From NCBI RefSeq assembly GCF_041381155.1, contig NC_091134.1, positions 61,246,902-61,310,901 of the forward strand: DNA of 64,000 bases, written 5' to 3'. How positions within the stretch are numbered: the stretch's first letter is position 1; each line of letters starts with the position of its first letter. This DNA comes from Argopecten irradians. Taxonomy: Eukaryota. Under the pieces are notes generated by a model. That model did no database searches. It was given only the letters and a program-made list of their open reading frames with translations, and was not told the origin of the DNA. The position numbers and the translations under genes were made by a program. Shown piece by piece: positions 39,276 to 52,157 of the stretch.

Positions 39276-40955
39276 TTATTCCTCTGGAACCGCTACCTAC
39301 ATTTTATATTGGAATACAACTATAATATTTGACCAATACTACCTACAGGATTACGGATTTAAAAAGGAATACGAAAGCAATAAAACTGTATATTTTCCTG
39401 TCTGAACATGCAGTAAAATATGACTACAACTGTTACAGTTCATATTTGCATAAGACTTTTAAAAACAACTCTATATTGGTTTATGGTTTAAGTTACTGTT
39501 AAAGCGACTCCTACAATGATGACACACAAACAAAATCATTCGGTAAATATAAACCATCAATACGAAAAGGAATTTTTAAAACTTCATGTTTTCTATATAC
39601 AATCAAAGAAATATGTTTGATAATATCGAATACTTGGTTAAAGGAAATGTCTCGTTCATCTCATACTTGATTTCTATAATTGTCTCGAACTTGTTCGCTT
39701 TAAAAGACAATCAAATGTAACGCGATACATGACGTAGGCATGCAGGGCAACACCTCGCTCCTGTAATGTTTAAATTGCATTGATTGTAAAATCTCGTAAC
39801 ATGAAGTATATTTACCCTTGGGAATGCACTGCATAACCGTGTCGGTTATATAACATAACCAAAGGGAATAAACAAAGATCCTTTTTTGGGCCAGCTTTTC
39901 TCTCCGTCTGTAGACTCATATAAATATATCATCATTTGAATAGTATTGAGATATCCGTTGACTTTCTAGATCAATTCGACTGAGATCTATGCTTTAGTAC
40001 TCCATGAATTGTTTTTTTAGAATCATTCTCAACAGACGAGGGTTAATTTTCAATTCATTTATTGATTTTCACCAGCATATAATATAATACAAAGTTGTAA
40101 GTAAATGGTCTATGTTTCTATATTTACGTATCATTAATTGATAGGGCAATTGCCTTACATCCTGGCTCTATTTTATAACAGAACCACCAATGGATGTAGA
40201 AAGTCAAACATAAAGTATTCCTTAAATGACTGTGGTTAGTATTCTCCTATTCGGCTAGATTAATGAGACTGCCGTTCAGTGTCCGTGGGGGTATGGTGTA
40301 GTGAGATATGTAAATTTTACACAATTACAAGACATGCCGTAGACTCCCAAAACACCATACAAAACAATCACTGCACACAACACTTCGTATTCACAGAAGA
40401 TCGCCTGAAATGACTAACCGTTAATTTGATTAAGACCGTCCTGAAAATAACCCTATTAATGAGACGAAACATAATGTGTATTCTGCATAGATTGGTTACA
40501 ACATTTATACATTCTATTCGATGCTATATTGGTTGATTTATGAACATTATAAAACATTGTTTCAGAGGGGAAAAAATATAAAAAAATATTTATCTATATA
40601 TACTTTACTACCACATTAATTTACATTAAACTGAAAAATAGAAGAACAAACAAATGAATGATGTTGTACTTCATGTCATGATTGAACAAATCGTAGAGGG
40701 CGGCCAAATTAAGAATATTACTTTTTCTCTTCCTAACTAGCATTCTCTTTTCTAACGTCTTTTTTGACACCACGTGCACCCCATTTGTGGTCTGGAGGAC
40801 GTTAAGCTTTATCATCCAAATAGCCAATCATATCATAACACAATTCTAGAGCCGAAACGTAAGTAATGAAATCCCTTGACGACTGTACACGGTAAGGCTG
40901 TTTTACGAATTTGGCGGTTTCATAGGCCAATATATATATTGATTAAATCTAATAC

Positions 40956-40960
<5 letters not shown>

Positions 40961-40986
<26 letters not shown>

Positions 40987-40990
40987 GACA
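40961..40990. repeat. Poly(A) tract, ~29-30 nt
   Basis: A homopolymer a-run. It may be a retroposon 3' tail, but no element body was recognised. Confidence 0.6.
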
Positions 40991-41864
40991 TAAACCTTTA
41001 TCGCTCCCAGCATCTCCTTGATGTCGCCTATAAACCACTTAATAATATCTGTAACACCCTGTCACACAATATTAACATAATTACATAAAATGATGATTGG
41101 CCTTTAAGATACAATGTAGCATGATGATGAAACAATGTCCAAACATGAGACAATTCATCCTCGATACTCCAGGGGTTACTATCACTGACGTTATATCTAC
41201 CCCTGGAATATCTCATAATAAAACTTGAGGCAACAGAAGACACCGATAATTTGATCCTTTCATCTCCATCACGTCAACGATACACTGTGATTGACTGTGA
41301 TGCTTTAAGCTTGGCGTCGCTCTCTCTCTGTAATCTTCAAAGAAAGTCTCTGCAGTCCTGTGAGTGGTCAGTGATTTCTCCTGAACTGATTCATTTCAGT
41401 GTCACTGGTGAAGCCTATAAAGATAATTGGTTTATTGTTTGGGCATTGCTGTTTCTATTTATCATGAAAATAAAAATAACATATTTTAAAACATTGTGTA
41501 AAATGCGTTATTTCTACACAGCTTAGCTATAGAATAATATGAATTACAAAATCATCCAAAATGTCGCAAATAACTAGCTATATGGTATAAATCGACTTCT
41601 AATACATATATATCACATATTTTGCATTAGAATACGTACTTCGCATCAATAAATTTTAACAATTTTTTTAAGTTTTATTAATAAAATCTTAAAATTTTGA
41701 AAATATGAAGTGTTAAAGATAACCAATGCTAATGAAACCAGTTTGCAAACGATGGAATATTGAGTCAGTATTTAGCCCAAGATCGTTTTGCTGATTCAGA
41801 ATTAATCATGTTGCCATGTTGTCATATCAAAACATCCTCTTTCAATAAGTTACACATTGATGTC

Positions 41865-44809
41865 TTAGTAATGTAAACTCACGTCAGTCCGGCTGACCTT
41901 TGCAGTATTTTCCGAGACGGCATTACTACTCGAATTATCCTCGTTCCTTGATCTCTTGAGGCCTGTTTTTTGAAAAGGTCAAACAGTGTATTAGCGTTAT
42001 TTTTGCAATTAGTATCCAAAATTCCAATATATTGAAATATAATTCTGCACCATAATGTTTTAATGGTATAACTGACATAACATCTTTTTCTAAAACAATC
42101 CTTACCTGTCATTTTCTTGCATTAATTGTAATACGTGTAAAGTGGTTTTCTTCAAATTAAATAACTAGATCAAATGCCTTTAGAGCTAAACAAAATCAGT
42201 CGATTATACTTCCAGATTTAATTATGCAGTTACGTCTAACTCTAATAATACTCTTTTGTCACAAAAATGACCTGTATTACAAATCAGCGCACATGTTAGC
42301 AATCGAATGTAATCTAATATGACTAGAATTGTACTAATATTCAGTTCGTAAACAGGAAAACAAATATTACGGAAACGATAGGAATTAAGTGTGTTTTTGA
42401 ATCATGTTTTAAAATATCCGTAACAACAAAGTTCCACATTCAAATTTTATATCTAATTTTATAAGATGTTTATACTGTGATATGTTATAAACAACACTTT
42501 ATATCGCATGTATTTTGCTATATACTAGTTGTTGCTTAGGGAGATAACTCATATAGGCTATGCCAGTTGTTCGATCCTTTTCAAATGTTTTTGAAATAAA
42601 ATATGTTGAAATTGCAACGTTTTGTTTGAGAATTCCTGTGTGAAAAAGCAGTGGGTTTTCTGATTATCAAGTAGCATGTTAGCGTATAGCCAGTTTATAA
42701 TGCTAAAAATTTAACGATTTTCCTTTTAAACGAAAAAAAATATCCTATCAAAATTTCGCCATCAGATTAAAACAATACATTAATACTACCGATTTCTTAG
42801 CTTTCAACAAATCAAACTTGGCTAGCATGTAAATGTCCGGCATTGAAAATACCAGCCTGAAAAATCTTACCTTTAACGGTATAGTCTGTATACTCTTCCG
42901 CCTCACGAAGCATTCCGACAAGCTTAAGGCACTCTGCAGTGATGTGATATATCGAAATGTCTGAAGACTGGTTAAGTTTGGGGGAATTTTCTTCAACAAA
43001 TGCCCTCAGATGGTTGGCTACCTCTGATGCTTTGTTGAGATTTTCAGACGCAAGACAGCAATGCAGCTTGATCACGTTGGTGTAAAACAAAGGATTGATG
43101 AACAAGACATTTTTGGATTTCCTCATGACTTTTTGAACAGCTTCCGGGTAAAATGGTATCAGAACGGGAAGGCATATGACATCAAATGCTATGAATCGCT
43201 TTAGCGTTTGTTGAAAGGTGCTTGTTTTAGAGCGATGCGTTTCATGATAATCCTCGTCCTTTGGATTCCTGTCCCTGTTATAGAATGTATAATGGATGAT
43301 TGTCTCATCGTAGCGGCTGATGACATCTTCAGCAATGTCTTGTGCCTCTTTTACCCTTCCTTGGTTCAAATGAAATGAAGCTAACATCAACCGACCACTG
43401 CAAAATGTTAAATCTGCTTGTTGTTCAAGTAATAATTCAAGAGCGTCCTCATCACCGATTTTCTGTTGGAGGTTGTGAATAGCAGAGATTGTTTCGAATT
43501 CTTTTTGTAAAATCACAAAAATATCCTTTGATAAATCTTGATCTATAGCTCGTTGAATCTTTTCGCGGATGTGTCGCAGACATCTTGAAAATCTGTCAGC
43601 CTCAGAGGTAGAAAGGAGATTCATGCTGATATGACGAGCAAGACACAGCCCATTGGACAAAACATGATGAACGTTTACGTCATTTTCAGCGACATCATTA
43701 GTTCTAACTTGCAAAACTTTATCCCATTTTGCGGGTTCAAGTGTTTTGAATGCCATCAGTTCCAAAAGGAGTCCGTCTAAATCAAATGTCAATCTTGTGT
43801 CCATCATGTTGTTTGAAGGAATGAAATAATTTCTCACTTCTTTTCTTTCTAAACAAGTTATAATCCTATTCAGAAGCTCATCAAGGCATTGGTAAAGATT
43901 CTCAGGTTTCCACAATTCAACTGGCGATTCTTCTATCATCCAAAACATGGTTGTCTTTATAAAGTACGATGGGAACGCGTCTGGAAACTTAGGACTTATC
44001 CTCATGTTGAAGAAGATCTTCATGATATCAATGCATGCATATTGAGCAGTATTGAATGACAACACAAGTTGTCTCTCCATTTTGTTGAAAGATATTCTCC
44101 ATTCCAGTTCCTTCTCGGATGAATACGCATGCCCTACAGGGACCAAACTACCTCCTAATGTGGCTGCCATTGCGAGTGTTTTCTCATCAGGCCAGTTGAA
44201 ATTTCGGTGCCTCGTGCGCCATTCGTTGGCAAATTCAGGCCAGTCACAGTGTAAAGAAAAAAGAGTATCTATGTCGTTAACACGTTCTAATCCCCCATGC
44301 TGAAATGTTATACATGGTCCATGAGGCTGGAACTGTTGGGACATTCCTTGGCTTGGGAATATTAAACCATTGGTTAATTGCTTTTTCCAATATTGAGACG
44401 TCTTCATACTTGATATGTAGTCTGTGCCATCAACACAGAGGGATCGAACATCAATCATCATTTTGGATTGGTATCGATTGACATCAAACAATTTAACTTT
44501 GGTGTAACCAGAATGTGTGCCATATGTATCCATTACAACTACTGCGTCAGTGGATGTTGGTCTAACTTGACGTTGATTAGTTAGATAGCTTGCTTGTTCT
44601 ACGCCAGTTGTTGCCTTAATAGTTTGCGATTCATATATAAGATCGGTGTCCGATTCAAGTCCATGAATGAATTCGGCTTTGCTTCCGGATAAAAACAGAG
44701 GCAGTTGGGCTATGACCTGGATTGTATAGTTAATAATTTCGTACCGTTTAGCCATCTTTGGTAATTTGTCCTCAAATAAGTGAACAACTTTCGAACATTG
44801 ATCATCCAT
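41865..44809 (-). CDS. cGAS-like receptor (cGLR / Mab-21-type nucleotidyltransferase) paralog B. complement(join(41865..41962,42871..44809)), ~678 aa.
   Basis: This is the 665-aa ORF 42812..44809. N-terminal sequence MDDQCSKVVHLFEDKLPKMAKRYEII...LFLSGSKAEFIHGLESDTDLIYESQ carries the GS and [DE]h[DE]h motifs. The third catalytic acid is in DAVVVMDTYG. The C-terminal part is a cGAS/Mab21-type helical domain: WRISFNKMERQLVLSFNTAQYACIDIMKIFF...PSYFIKTTMFWMIEESPVELW...NYFIPSNNMMD. Compare human cGAS SWRLSFS, SSYHVKTAFFHV and LENYFIPEFNLF. The ORF runs through a phase-1 donor AAAG|GTAAGA at 42871/42870. The proposed 3' exon 41962..41865 has acceptor AAAAACAG| and encodes GLKRSRNEDNSSSNAVSENTAKVSRTDVSLHY*, homologous to paralog A's tail. 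A possible micro-exon (...ATGACAG|GTAAGG at ~42108) is not resolved. Confidence 0.75.
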
Positions 44810-46868
44810 TATGGTTGTGGAATAAACTGGATCCCGCTACCTTGTACGATCTACGTTTTACACTGCACAATGAACCCTCCAAATTCTTTCCTACTTGTTA
44901 TAGTGCTACCCTACCTGATCGCTTATTTGATCATATACATGTACATGTACAAGGATACGCCTCCAGAAGTCATAAGGACTTAAATTGGTGTTTTAATTAC
45001 ATGATTACATGATTACACCGGACTGTAATCTTATTGATATACACTATACACCTACGTTTTGTGTGAACACCTGCCTAATTCTGAGCGCAGACATAATCAA
45101 TCAGGCGTTAAATTCATAATTAGTACTTGCGATCATACTATAAACCAGATTTGAAGGACAGATCGATTATGTGACACCAAAAATACATTAAATGTTGCGT
45201 CAGTCAGTTTATTACGATGAAAGAAAGCGGTTGCAACATTTATAAAAACATAATACGAACTATGTGACTGATACCTGATACCTTCCATAGACGTCAATTG
45301 TTAGTTGAAACCAGCTCATTCTAACGCGTTTTGTATAGATGAATAGATACTCCATTGGTTTGGATATTTGATCTACAATTTCTAAAATTAGTTTCAGAGT
45401 GGCCCTTGTGATTTGCTGAGATTTAACTTCTCAGTGGGTTACCGGATTTTCAAGCATGACTTTTAGGGGTCTAACTTTTGTGTTGTCCCTAGACGAAAGT
45501 CTGCTGTTATTTTTAAGTCATTTTCTCCCAGACTGGTAGATATATGCCTAATGTCTAACTGTTTGTTATGATTTCCGTCTCCAGTCTTTTTGGGGACATT
45601 GGATTCATAGAATCGTACATGGATCTGTCAAGTGTAATAGGTCTTGCTCTTCTTGCTGAACAGTTATTTATGTGCGATTGTGTCCCAGAAGGTAATACAT
45701 GTATAAATGTGGACCTGCTAGTGTTGAATTCTAGGTAAACTCATTCCTTTTAATACAACGAAGTTCCGTCTGGAAGTAATTGAATACGTTGTTTCACGGT
45801 AAACCTTTAAAAAGAATAATATATTGATCTAATAAAGATCCTTATCTTCCATTGTTCACAAAGAAGGTCTTAATCTATCTACGGTCTCTTTCTGTCTACT
45901 ATCATTCATATTTATCGTAAAATATTTTAATACGTTTCAACTTTAGGGAAATGGAACAACAGGTTGTCAGTACCGGTTCGAGGTGTGCTGCTGGATATCT
46001 TTGGTAGTTCATCAGGTGAAATAGCTCTATAAACATCATTAGGAGATAAAGCATCATCTGTGTTACGTTAAGTATCCATATCTTATGTATGTATTTGTAA
46101 AATATTGAAAATATAAAATAAATGCATGGAAACTAAATGTCATTGCGTCCAAAAAAATAAACGTGTTCCAGGTCCACTACCTTTCCGAAATAAAAAAAAT
46201 CAAAAAAAAAATCCTAAAAACAAAAATATTCTACAAAGCAATGTTTACATCGATAACGTAAGATGAATTTACAACGCTAAACAAATGCAATATTGAATAT
46301 TCCCTGTGTAACCTATGTTTTGCCGTCAGGCGCACATATAGTCAACTAACGTGCGGTAATCAGAACAACGGCGGGAAACATAACATTTCATTTATATTTT
46401 ATTTTATTTGAGTCATAAATATAGTATTAACTTTTGCGGGAAGGTTGTGGCCCGGTCCTTTAATGAAACGTAAGCATAGATTGAGATTCCAACCACTGTT
46501 CAGTCAATGTTGGAACTATTTCATAAAGGGTGTGTCAATATCACAATGAGTCACGGCACGAACCAAGCTTTTTCTTCAGTACGATATCTTCAGCATACTT
46601 TATTTATGACTTTTACTGCAAATGTGATGCTGAAAAATAATAAGAATTCTATATGTATCCCTACACATAGGGACAAAATTATTTTATCATACCGAACAAA
46701 ATTTAAATGAATTCATGAATATGTTATTTTTCTGGTTTAAGAACTCATAAAGATGTTACCCAATAACGTTGCTAAGTTCGTCGGATGGCAAAATATAAGC
46801 AACAACGTTGCCATTGTTGGTTGACGTTGCAGACGACGTCCACTTCCGTTCACGCACAGAGCTTCCAA

Positions 46869-46930
46869 GGGGTTATCTCCCTTGGGTTATTTCCCTGAGG
46901 GGTTATTTCCCTGGGTTATTTCCCTCGCCT
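46869..46930. repeat. Minisatellite (gggttatttccct-like) x4
   Basis: ggggttatctcccttgggttatttccctgaggggttatttccctgggttatttccct. Confidence 0.7.
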
Positions 46931-47731
46931 CCCAATTCAGGAGAGATATCTCACTTATTCAATGTCATGTGATCAAGTTTAATCCAATCAGAACATTGAA
47001 AGTGAAGTTAATAAATGCATCATTCGGATTCTATATGAATATAAGACAAAACAGGTACACGGTGATCGTGATCTTGAATGAATAGAATTATATTAGTAGT
47101 AATGCATACACTCTATAGATGTACATCAATTGATTTCAACAGTATGGTAGATACCTCCTAAACAATGTTTTGATTGTTTCAACTTTAATCAATTTGTATT
47201 GGTCAAAACATTATCAAAAGGATGTCAGTGTTATATGATATTTCTACTTTTGAAATCGTCACCATTGTCTCCATGTTTTCATAGTGTCATTGCAGACGGA
47301 CTCTTACATCAGTATTTCACAAAAAATCCGTATCAAGTATCAACTTAGATCTGTGATTATGACATTAAAGAATCATATTTTGACGGAAGGTTCATAACTT
47401 TGATAACTATATAAGACAAATAATGTTTTTTATCGTTTTCTATTGATGCAAAAATACCATATGTATGCATCTGCGCACATATGAAGAATAACGCAACATT
47501 TATATGAAATTGAAAGGGTGACAATTAAATTTATTGTCGAAAATTTCATCCTGTAAATACATGAAATAAAGATTGTCAATGCAAAGTAGTTGCACCCATA
47601 AACTATTTATAACTACAATCACTAAACTGCACATATACAACAAAATATCAAACTTATACTAGCCTTAGCGAGGTTAACAATTTATCACCGACAAAAACAT
47701 GAAATATATCAAGATTTATTTCTGGATTCTA

Positions 47732-49672
47732 TTATTCTACACACAGAGCCGCTATATCCTCCAGCTTGTTATTCTGATAATGTTTTGCAGATGCCGCGAG
47801 TTGTTGTGCTAGCTCTGCAGCCTCCTTATTGTATTTCTCAGCCTTAAAACAATGAAATTTGATAAGTTTGCCGTAAAATAGTGGGTTCATAAAAAGTACA
47901 GATTCCATCTTCTCTAACATAGTTTGAATTGATTTAGGATAAAGTGCATGTAGCATGGGCAGGCAGACAACATCAAACACAACAAACTTTTCAAGTGTTT
48001 CTTCTAAACTTGGTCTTGGGTACTTAATATCGAAATCGCAATCTTTTGGTTTTTTGTCCCTGTTGTGGAATGTATAATGAACAACGTTGTCGCCATAGCA
48101 TGGCACAAACATATCCACTTCTCTCCGTGCCTCAGGATATTTTTCCTGGGACAAATACCACGTTGCTAAGTGAAGACACCTGAAGCCTAAATGCACATTT
48201 TTCTGTCCTGTCATCCAAGCCACGAATTTATCATTGGTTTCTCTTTCCATTTCAGCAGATGTTAATATACCATTGATGTCCGCACGCAGGTCACTGCTTG
48301 ATCTAGTTTCAAATTGAATGTGTTCATGAAGCTTTTGAATAACGCCAATTTCAACTTGAAGAAGTGCCCATAACTCCTTCGATAGTTCTTGCTCAATAGC
48401 ATATTCCATGCTGCTGTTTATGTGTTCTATACATCGAGTGAATTCCTTGTTTTCTGTCGTAGAAAGCAGATTGATTATATAGTGTCGTACAGTGGACAAG
48501 GCGTTGATTTGGACATGGTAAAAATAAATATCATTTTCGTTTTTTTCATCTATCCTTGCTTTTAAAACAGGTTTCCATTTGTCTTGGCCTAACGTTTGGA
48601 ATTTCCTCAGCTCCACTAAAAGTGCATCAAGTCTTCCAGCGGGCTTCGTATCCATCATGTTGTTTGATGGAATAAAGTAATTCTTTAGTTCCTTCTTCTC
48701 AACGCAGGAGATAATACGATCAAGCAATCCTTGCAGGCAACTGCACAGGTTTTGTGGTTTCCATATATTTTGATCTGATTCTTCAACCATCCAAAACATA
48801 ATCGTTTTTATGAAATATGACGGAAACAAGTCGGGGAATTTCGGGCTGATTTTCACGTGAAAGAATATCTTCATAAAATCCACACAGGCAAATTGCGTGC
48901 CATTAAAAGACCAAACAAGTTGTCGTTCGGGCTTGTTAAAAGAAATTCGCCACTCTAGATGTCTTTGAGGAGAGCATGTATGTCCGATAGGCACAAGATG
49001 ACATCCTAGTGATTTTAATTTATTTTGAAGTTTCCCGTCTGGCCAGCCATGCTGTCTCGGCCTCGTAAACCAGTCGTTTGCCTGTTCGGGCCAGAGACAC
49101 GGCAAGGTAAAAACAGAGTCAATGTCTGTGTCGACTCGATTCTCGGTCCCTGTGTACTTGAATGTAATACATGGTCCATGCTGATACAGGCCATTCTTCA
49201 TCCCGTGAGAAGGAAACAGGTCCCGCCTAGACAGTCTGTCCTTCCAGAATATAGACACTAGATTGTTGGACAGGTAACCATCTATACATAAAGATGGGAC
49301 GTCTACCTCTTCATAGGCCTGATCACGCCGAATATCGAAAAGTTTTATTTTTGTATAGCCCTGATGTACCCCTTCCGAGTCAAACACCACCACGGCGTCG
49401 TAATCCTGCGTTAGTATACCTAGCTCTCTCGTCTGTTCCAGGTTTTGTACGACCTTTATTGTTTGGGACTCGTACATAATGTCAGTGTCCGAATTGAGTC
49501 CGTGGATACATTCAGCCTGACTGCCTAGATACATCATCGGCACACACCCAATACACTGCATCGTAAAATCGCGTAGTTTTACACGTGGGATCATTTTCGT
49601 TACCTTTTCCATAAAAATTGATACTGATTTCGTGCATAGCCTTTCCAAGTCGTTCTCGTCATCGTCAGCCAT
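47732..49672 (-). CDS. cGAS-like receptor (cGLR / Mab-21-type nucleotidyltransferase) paralog C, ~646 aa from the second ATG.
   Basis: This is the 672-aa ORF 47732..49750. By homology to A and B the start is the internal MADDDENDLERLCTKSVSIFMEKVTKMIPRV at 49672. Motifs present: ...MYLGSQAECIHGLNSDTDIMYESQ (GS and DTD), DAVVVFDSEG, WRISFNKPERQLVWSFNGTQFACVDFMKIFFHVKISPKFPDLFPSYFIKTIMFWMVEESDQNIWKPQNL and LKNYFIPSNNMMD. It ends in-frame at ...EDIAALCVE* (stop 47732-47734). Unlike A and B there is no obvious phase-1 donor, so the 3' end may differ. Confidence 0.8.
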   Translation of the reverse strand: MADDDENDLERLCTKSVSIFMEKVTKMIPRVKLRDFTMQCIGCVPMMYLGSQAECIHGLNSDTDIMYESQTIKVVQNLEQTRELGILTQDYDAVVVFDSEGVHQGYTKIKLFDIRRDQAYEEVDVPSLCIDGYLSNNLVSIFWKDRLSRRDLFPSHGMKNGLYQHGPCITFKYTGTENRVDTDIDSVFTLPCLWPEQANDWFTRPRQHGWPDGKLQNKLKSLGCHLVPIGHTCSPQRHLEWRISFNKPERQLVWSFNGTQFACVDFMKIFFHVKISPKFPDLFPSYFIKTIMFWMVEESDQNIWKPQNLCSCLQGLLDRIISCVEKKELKNYFIPSNNMMDTKPAGRLDALLVELRKFQTLGQDKWKPVLKARIDEKNENDIYFYHVQINALSTVRHYIINLLSTTENKEFTRCIEHINSSMEYAIEQELSKELWALLQVEIGVIQKLHEHIQFETRSSSDLRADINGILTSAEMERETNDKFVAWMTGQKNVHLGFRCLHLATWYLSQEKYPEARREVDMFVPCYGDNVVHYTFHNRDKKPKDCDFDIKYPRPSLEETLEKFVVFDVVCLPMLHALYPKSIQTMLEKMESVLFMNPLFYGKLIKFHCFKAEKYNKEAAELAQQLAASAKHYQNNKLEDIAALCVE

Positions 49673-51825
49673 GTTGTCTGTGTGACTCACACATATGTTA
49701 AAACATTTGTGTAAGTACACATATATGTAGCATGGATGCCCGCAGGGCATTTAAACGACTGTTATTAGACTTGCATGAGTCCGCACAATCATTTCTTCAT
49801 TCACATTTCCTTATCGATTGTTAATCTTATCTGGTTTTTACCACCTCAGATGAAATAATATGGTGTACACACGTCCAATTGTCCTTTATTAACCTATACC
49901 AAGAGACGACGTATTACAGGTACACTGTAACTTATCAGATTATTTGTTTTTATATCATATAGGGATTGGACAGTGCATATTAATAAAAATAAGAGCGTGC
50001 TGAAAGATATGTTTTGGGTTTAAGCATAAATATTTTCAATGCTATATATGGATAATAAAAGAGCTCACCTTCCCAGCTGTTCAGTAGACAGGCAATCCTA
50101 TACGAATAAGATATCCACGAAATTGAAAAATTACGTGGTGGGAGTCTTTCACTCGTTAATTTTAGTTTCCAATTGATTGACTGCCTAAAGTGAATAATAA
50201 ATCAGTTTTCTAAAATGTTTACATTCACATGATTACACAAAAGACGTGGTATGATATTTTATGTCTAAATCACAAATTTATATTCAAACATACTGTCACT
50301 GCTCCTTGCTGTGCATATTGCTACCGTTTCAACAATGGTCGGTAATAGCACTTGAATCAAATAAAAACAAAACCACTTTTCATCTGATTAATCTGATTAA
50401 TGAATCTAGACTTAACTGAAAAGATAACTTTTACTCCATCCGAGAATCTGCTTCTTTTCTTCATTCCCATCTCGAGAGAAATGTCCGTACAAAGCAATTT
50501 TAGCTCATATCTGCTATTAAATTAAAATTATTAGTTTGTAACTGTGTCGTCTAACGTTTTCGTGTTTCCCCGTTTTGTTTCATTATAAATCATTCATATC
50601 TATACTTGATCATATCTAATACAAAGATACAGGAATTAAGAAAACAACAACAATATTTTAAAGCAAGGCTATATGATATCACAATTTTATCAGAGTGTGC
50701 AAAATAGGCAAAACTACATTAGTAACATCAAATTGAAGATTTTCAAAATGAGTAGCACAATGTATATGTTTGTAATACATAAATGATCCTTGGTTCTATT
50801 CTATTCGAGGGTGAGAACAGAGCGGATAGGACCAGACGGAACGATATCGACACGGTACATGCTGCATTCATTCCCAACACGCCATGAATAAAAATCAAAG
50901 TATGTCTGTATTCAAAATGACACTGCCAAATCAAGAATGATATTCTTCAACAACCGTTTTCTAGACAGCAGCTTGCTTGAAATAGATTTTTATAAAGAAT
51001 TTGTTGTGTAAATTAAATGTTGATTTGACATTACGGGGTCCATCAGGGAGCTGTTTTGACTCTGCTTATTATCTAATATTAAAATTGACAATAAATTTAA
51101 TCATTGATTAAGGTTTTTCCTACCATGGCAATAACATGTCAATGAATGTTATTGCTTGTCTTCTTGGTTTCATCTGTTATTTTTATTACTTTATATTGCG
51201 CCAATAGCCAGCGTTATAATGTATTTTAATGAGTTTTGGGGCAGAGTGCAACTGCGTAAGCAGAAATCAACTACATCGATGTCCGAGATATGCAGGTTGG
51301 TAAAGAAGACTGCAGCAAAGCTTATTGCTCGATATAATTATCTCACCGGTACATCCTATGTTGTCATTTGGTAGAATAGGTCAGACTTGCTTACTATTTC
51401 CCTTGCTGTGCATTTTGCTGCTGTTTTATCAACAATTGTTGACGATAGGGCTTGAGTGAATTAAAAACCAAACCGCTGTTCATTTGGTTATACAACAATG
51501 TATTGCTGAATCTGGACTTGATTGAGAAGACAACTTTTTACTCCATCAGAGAATCTGCTTTTTTTCTTCATTCCCCTCTCGAGAAATGTCCCTATCCAAA
51601 TCAATCTTAGCTCATATCTGCTATTAAATTAAAATGGTTAGTTTGTATATGTGTCGTTTAACGTTTTCGTGTTTTCCCGTTTTGTTTCTTAATAAATCAT
51701 TCATATCTATACTTGATCATATATAATACAAAATGTTCTATGTCGATATGAAATATTGATGCAGAAGGGATAGCATAAAATGGAGTAACTTACAAGGCGT
51801 CTATTTGCTCTACTGATGGTAACGA

Positions 51826-51898
51826 GGTTCCGTGGTGTAGTGGTTATCACGTCTGCTTAACACGCAGAAGGTCACGAGTTCGAAACTCGTCGGAACCT
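51826..51898 (+). tRNA. tRNA-Val (AAC), array unit 1
   Basis: Identical to the 33140 gene. The acceptor pair GGTTCCG/CGGAACC holds, anticodon AAC. A terminator TTATTTTTATT follows. Confidence 0.9.
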
Positions 51899-52084
51899 GC
51901 AATTATTTTTATTGCATTTAACTAAATTATTTTCTCTATTCTTTGTGAAAAGAACCAATGCAAATTGAAACTTTCTTTCAAAACAGAATTAAATTCAAAT
52001 ATTTTTCTTTTCCAGTTAAAAAACTCCTAGGGAAAAGAATGTGAAACAAATACTATTGATATCTGGGCAGTGCATTAAGAAATC

Positions 52085-52157
52085 GGTTTCGTGGTGTAGT
52101 GGTTATCACGTCTGCTTTACACGCAGAAGGTCGCGAGTTCGAACCTCGCCGAAACCT
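52085..52157 (+). tRNA. tRNA-Val (TAC), array unit 1
   Basis: GGTTTCG...TCTGC TTTACAC GCAGA...GCGAG TTCGAAC CTCGC CGAAACC, anticodon TAC. A TATATTTTTTGT stretch lies downstream. Confidence 0.9.

Noticed and set aside
44052-44303. Plus-strand ORFs antisense to cGLR exons (44052..44303, 38518..38760, 49025..49261, 37918..38109)
   Set aside because: Antisense open frames inside long minus-strand coding exons. They are expected by chance in long ORF-bearing sequence.
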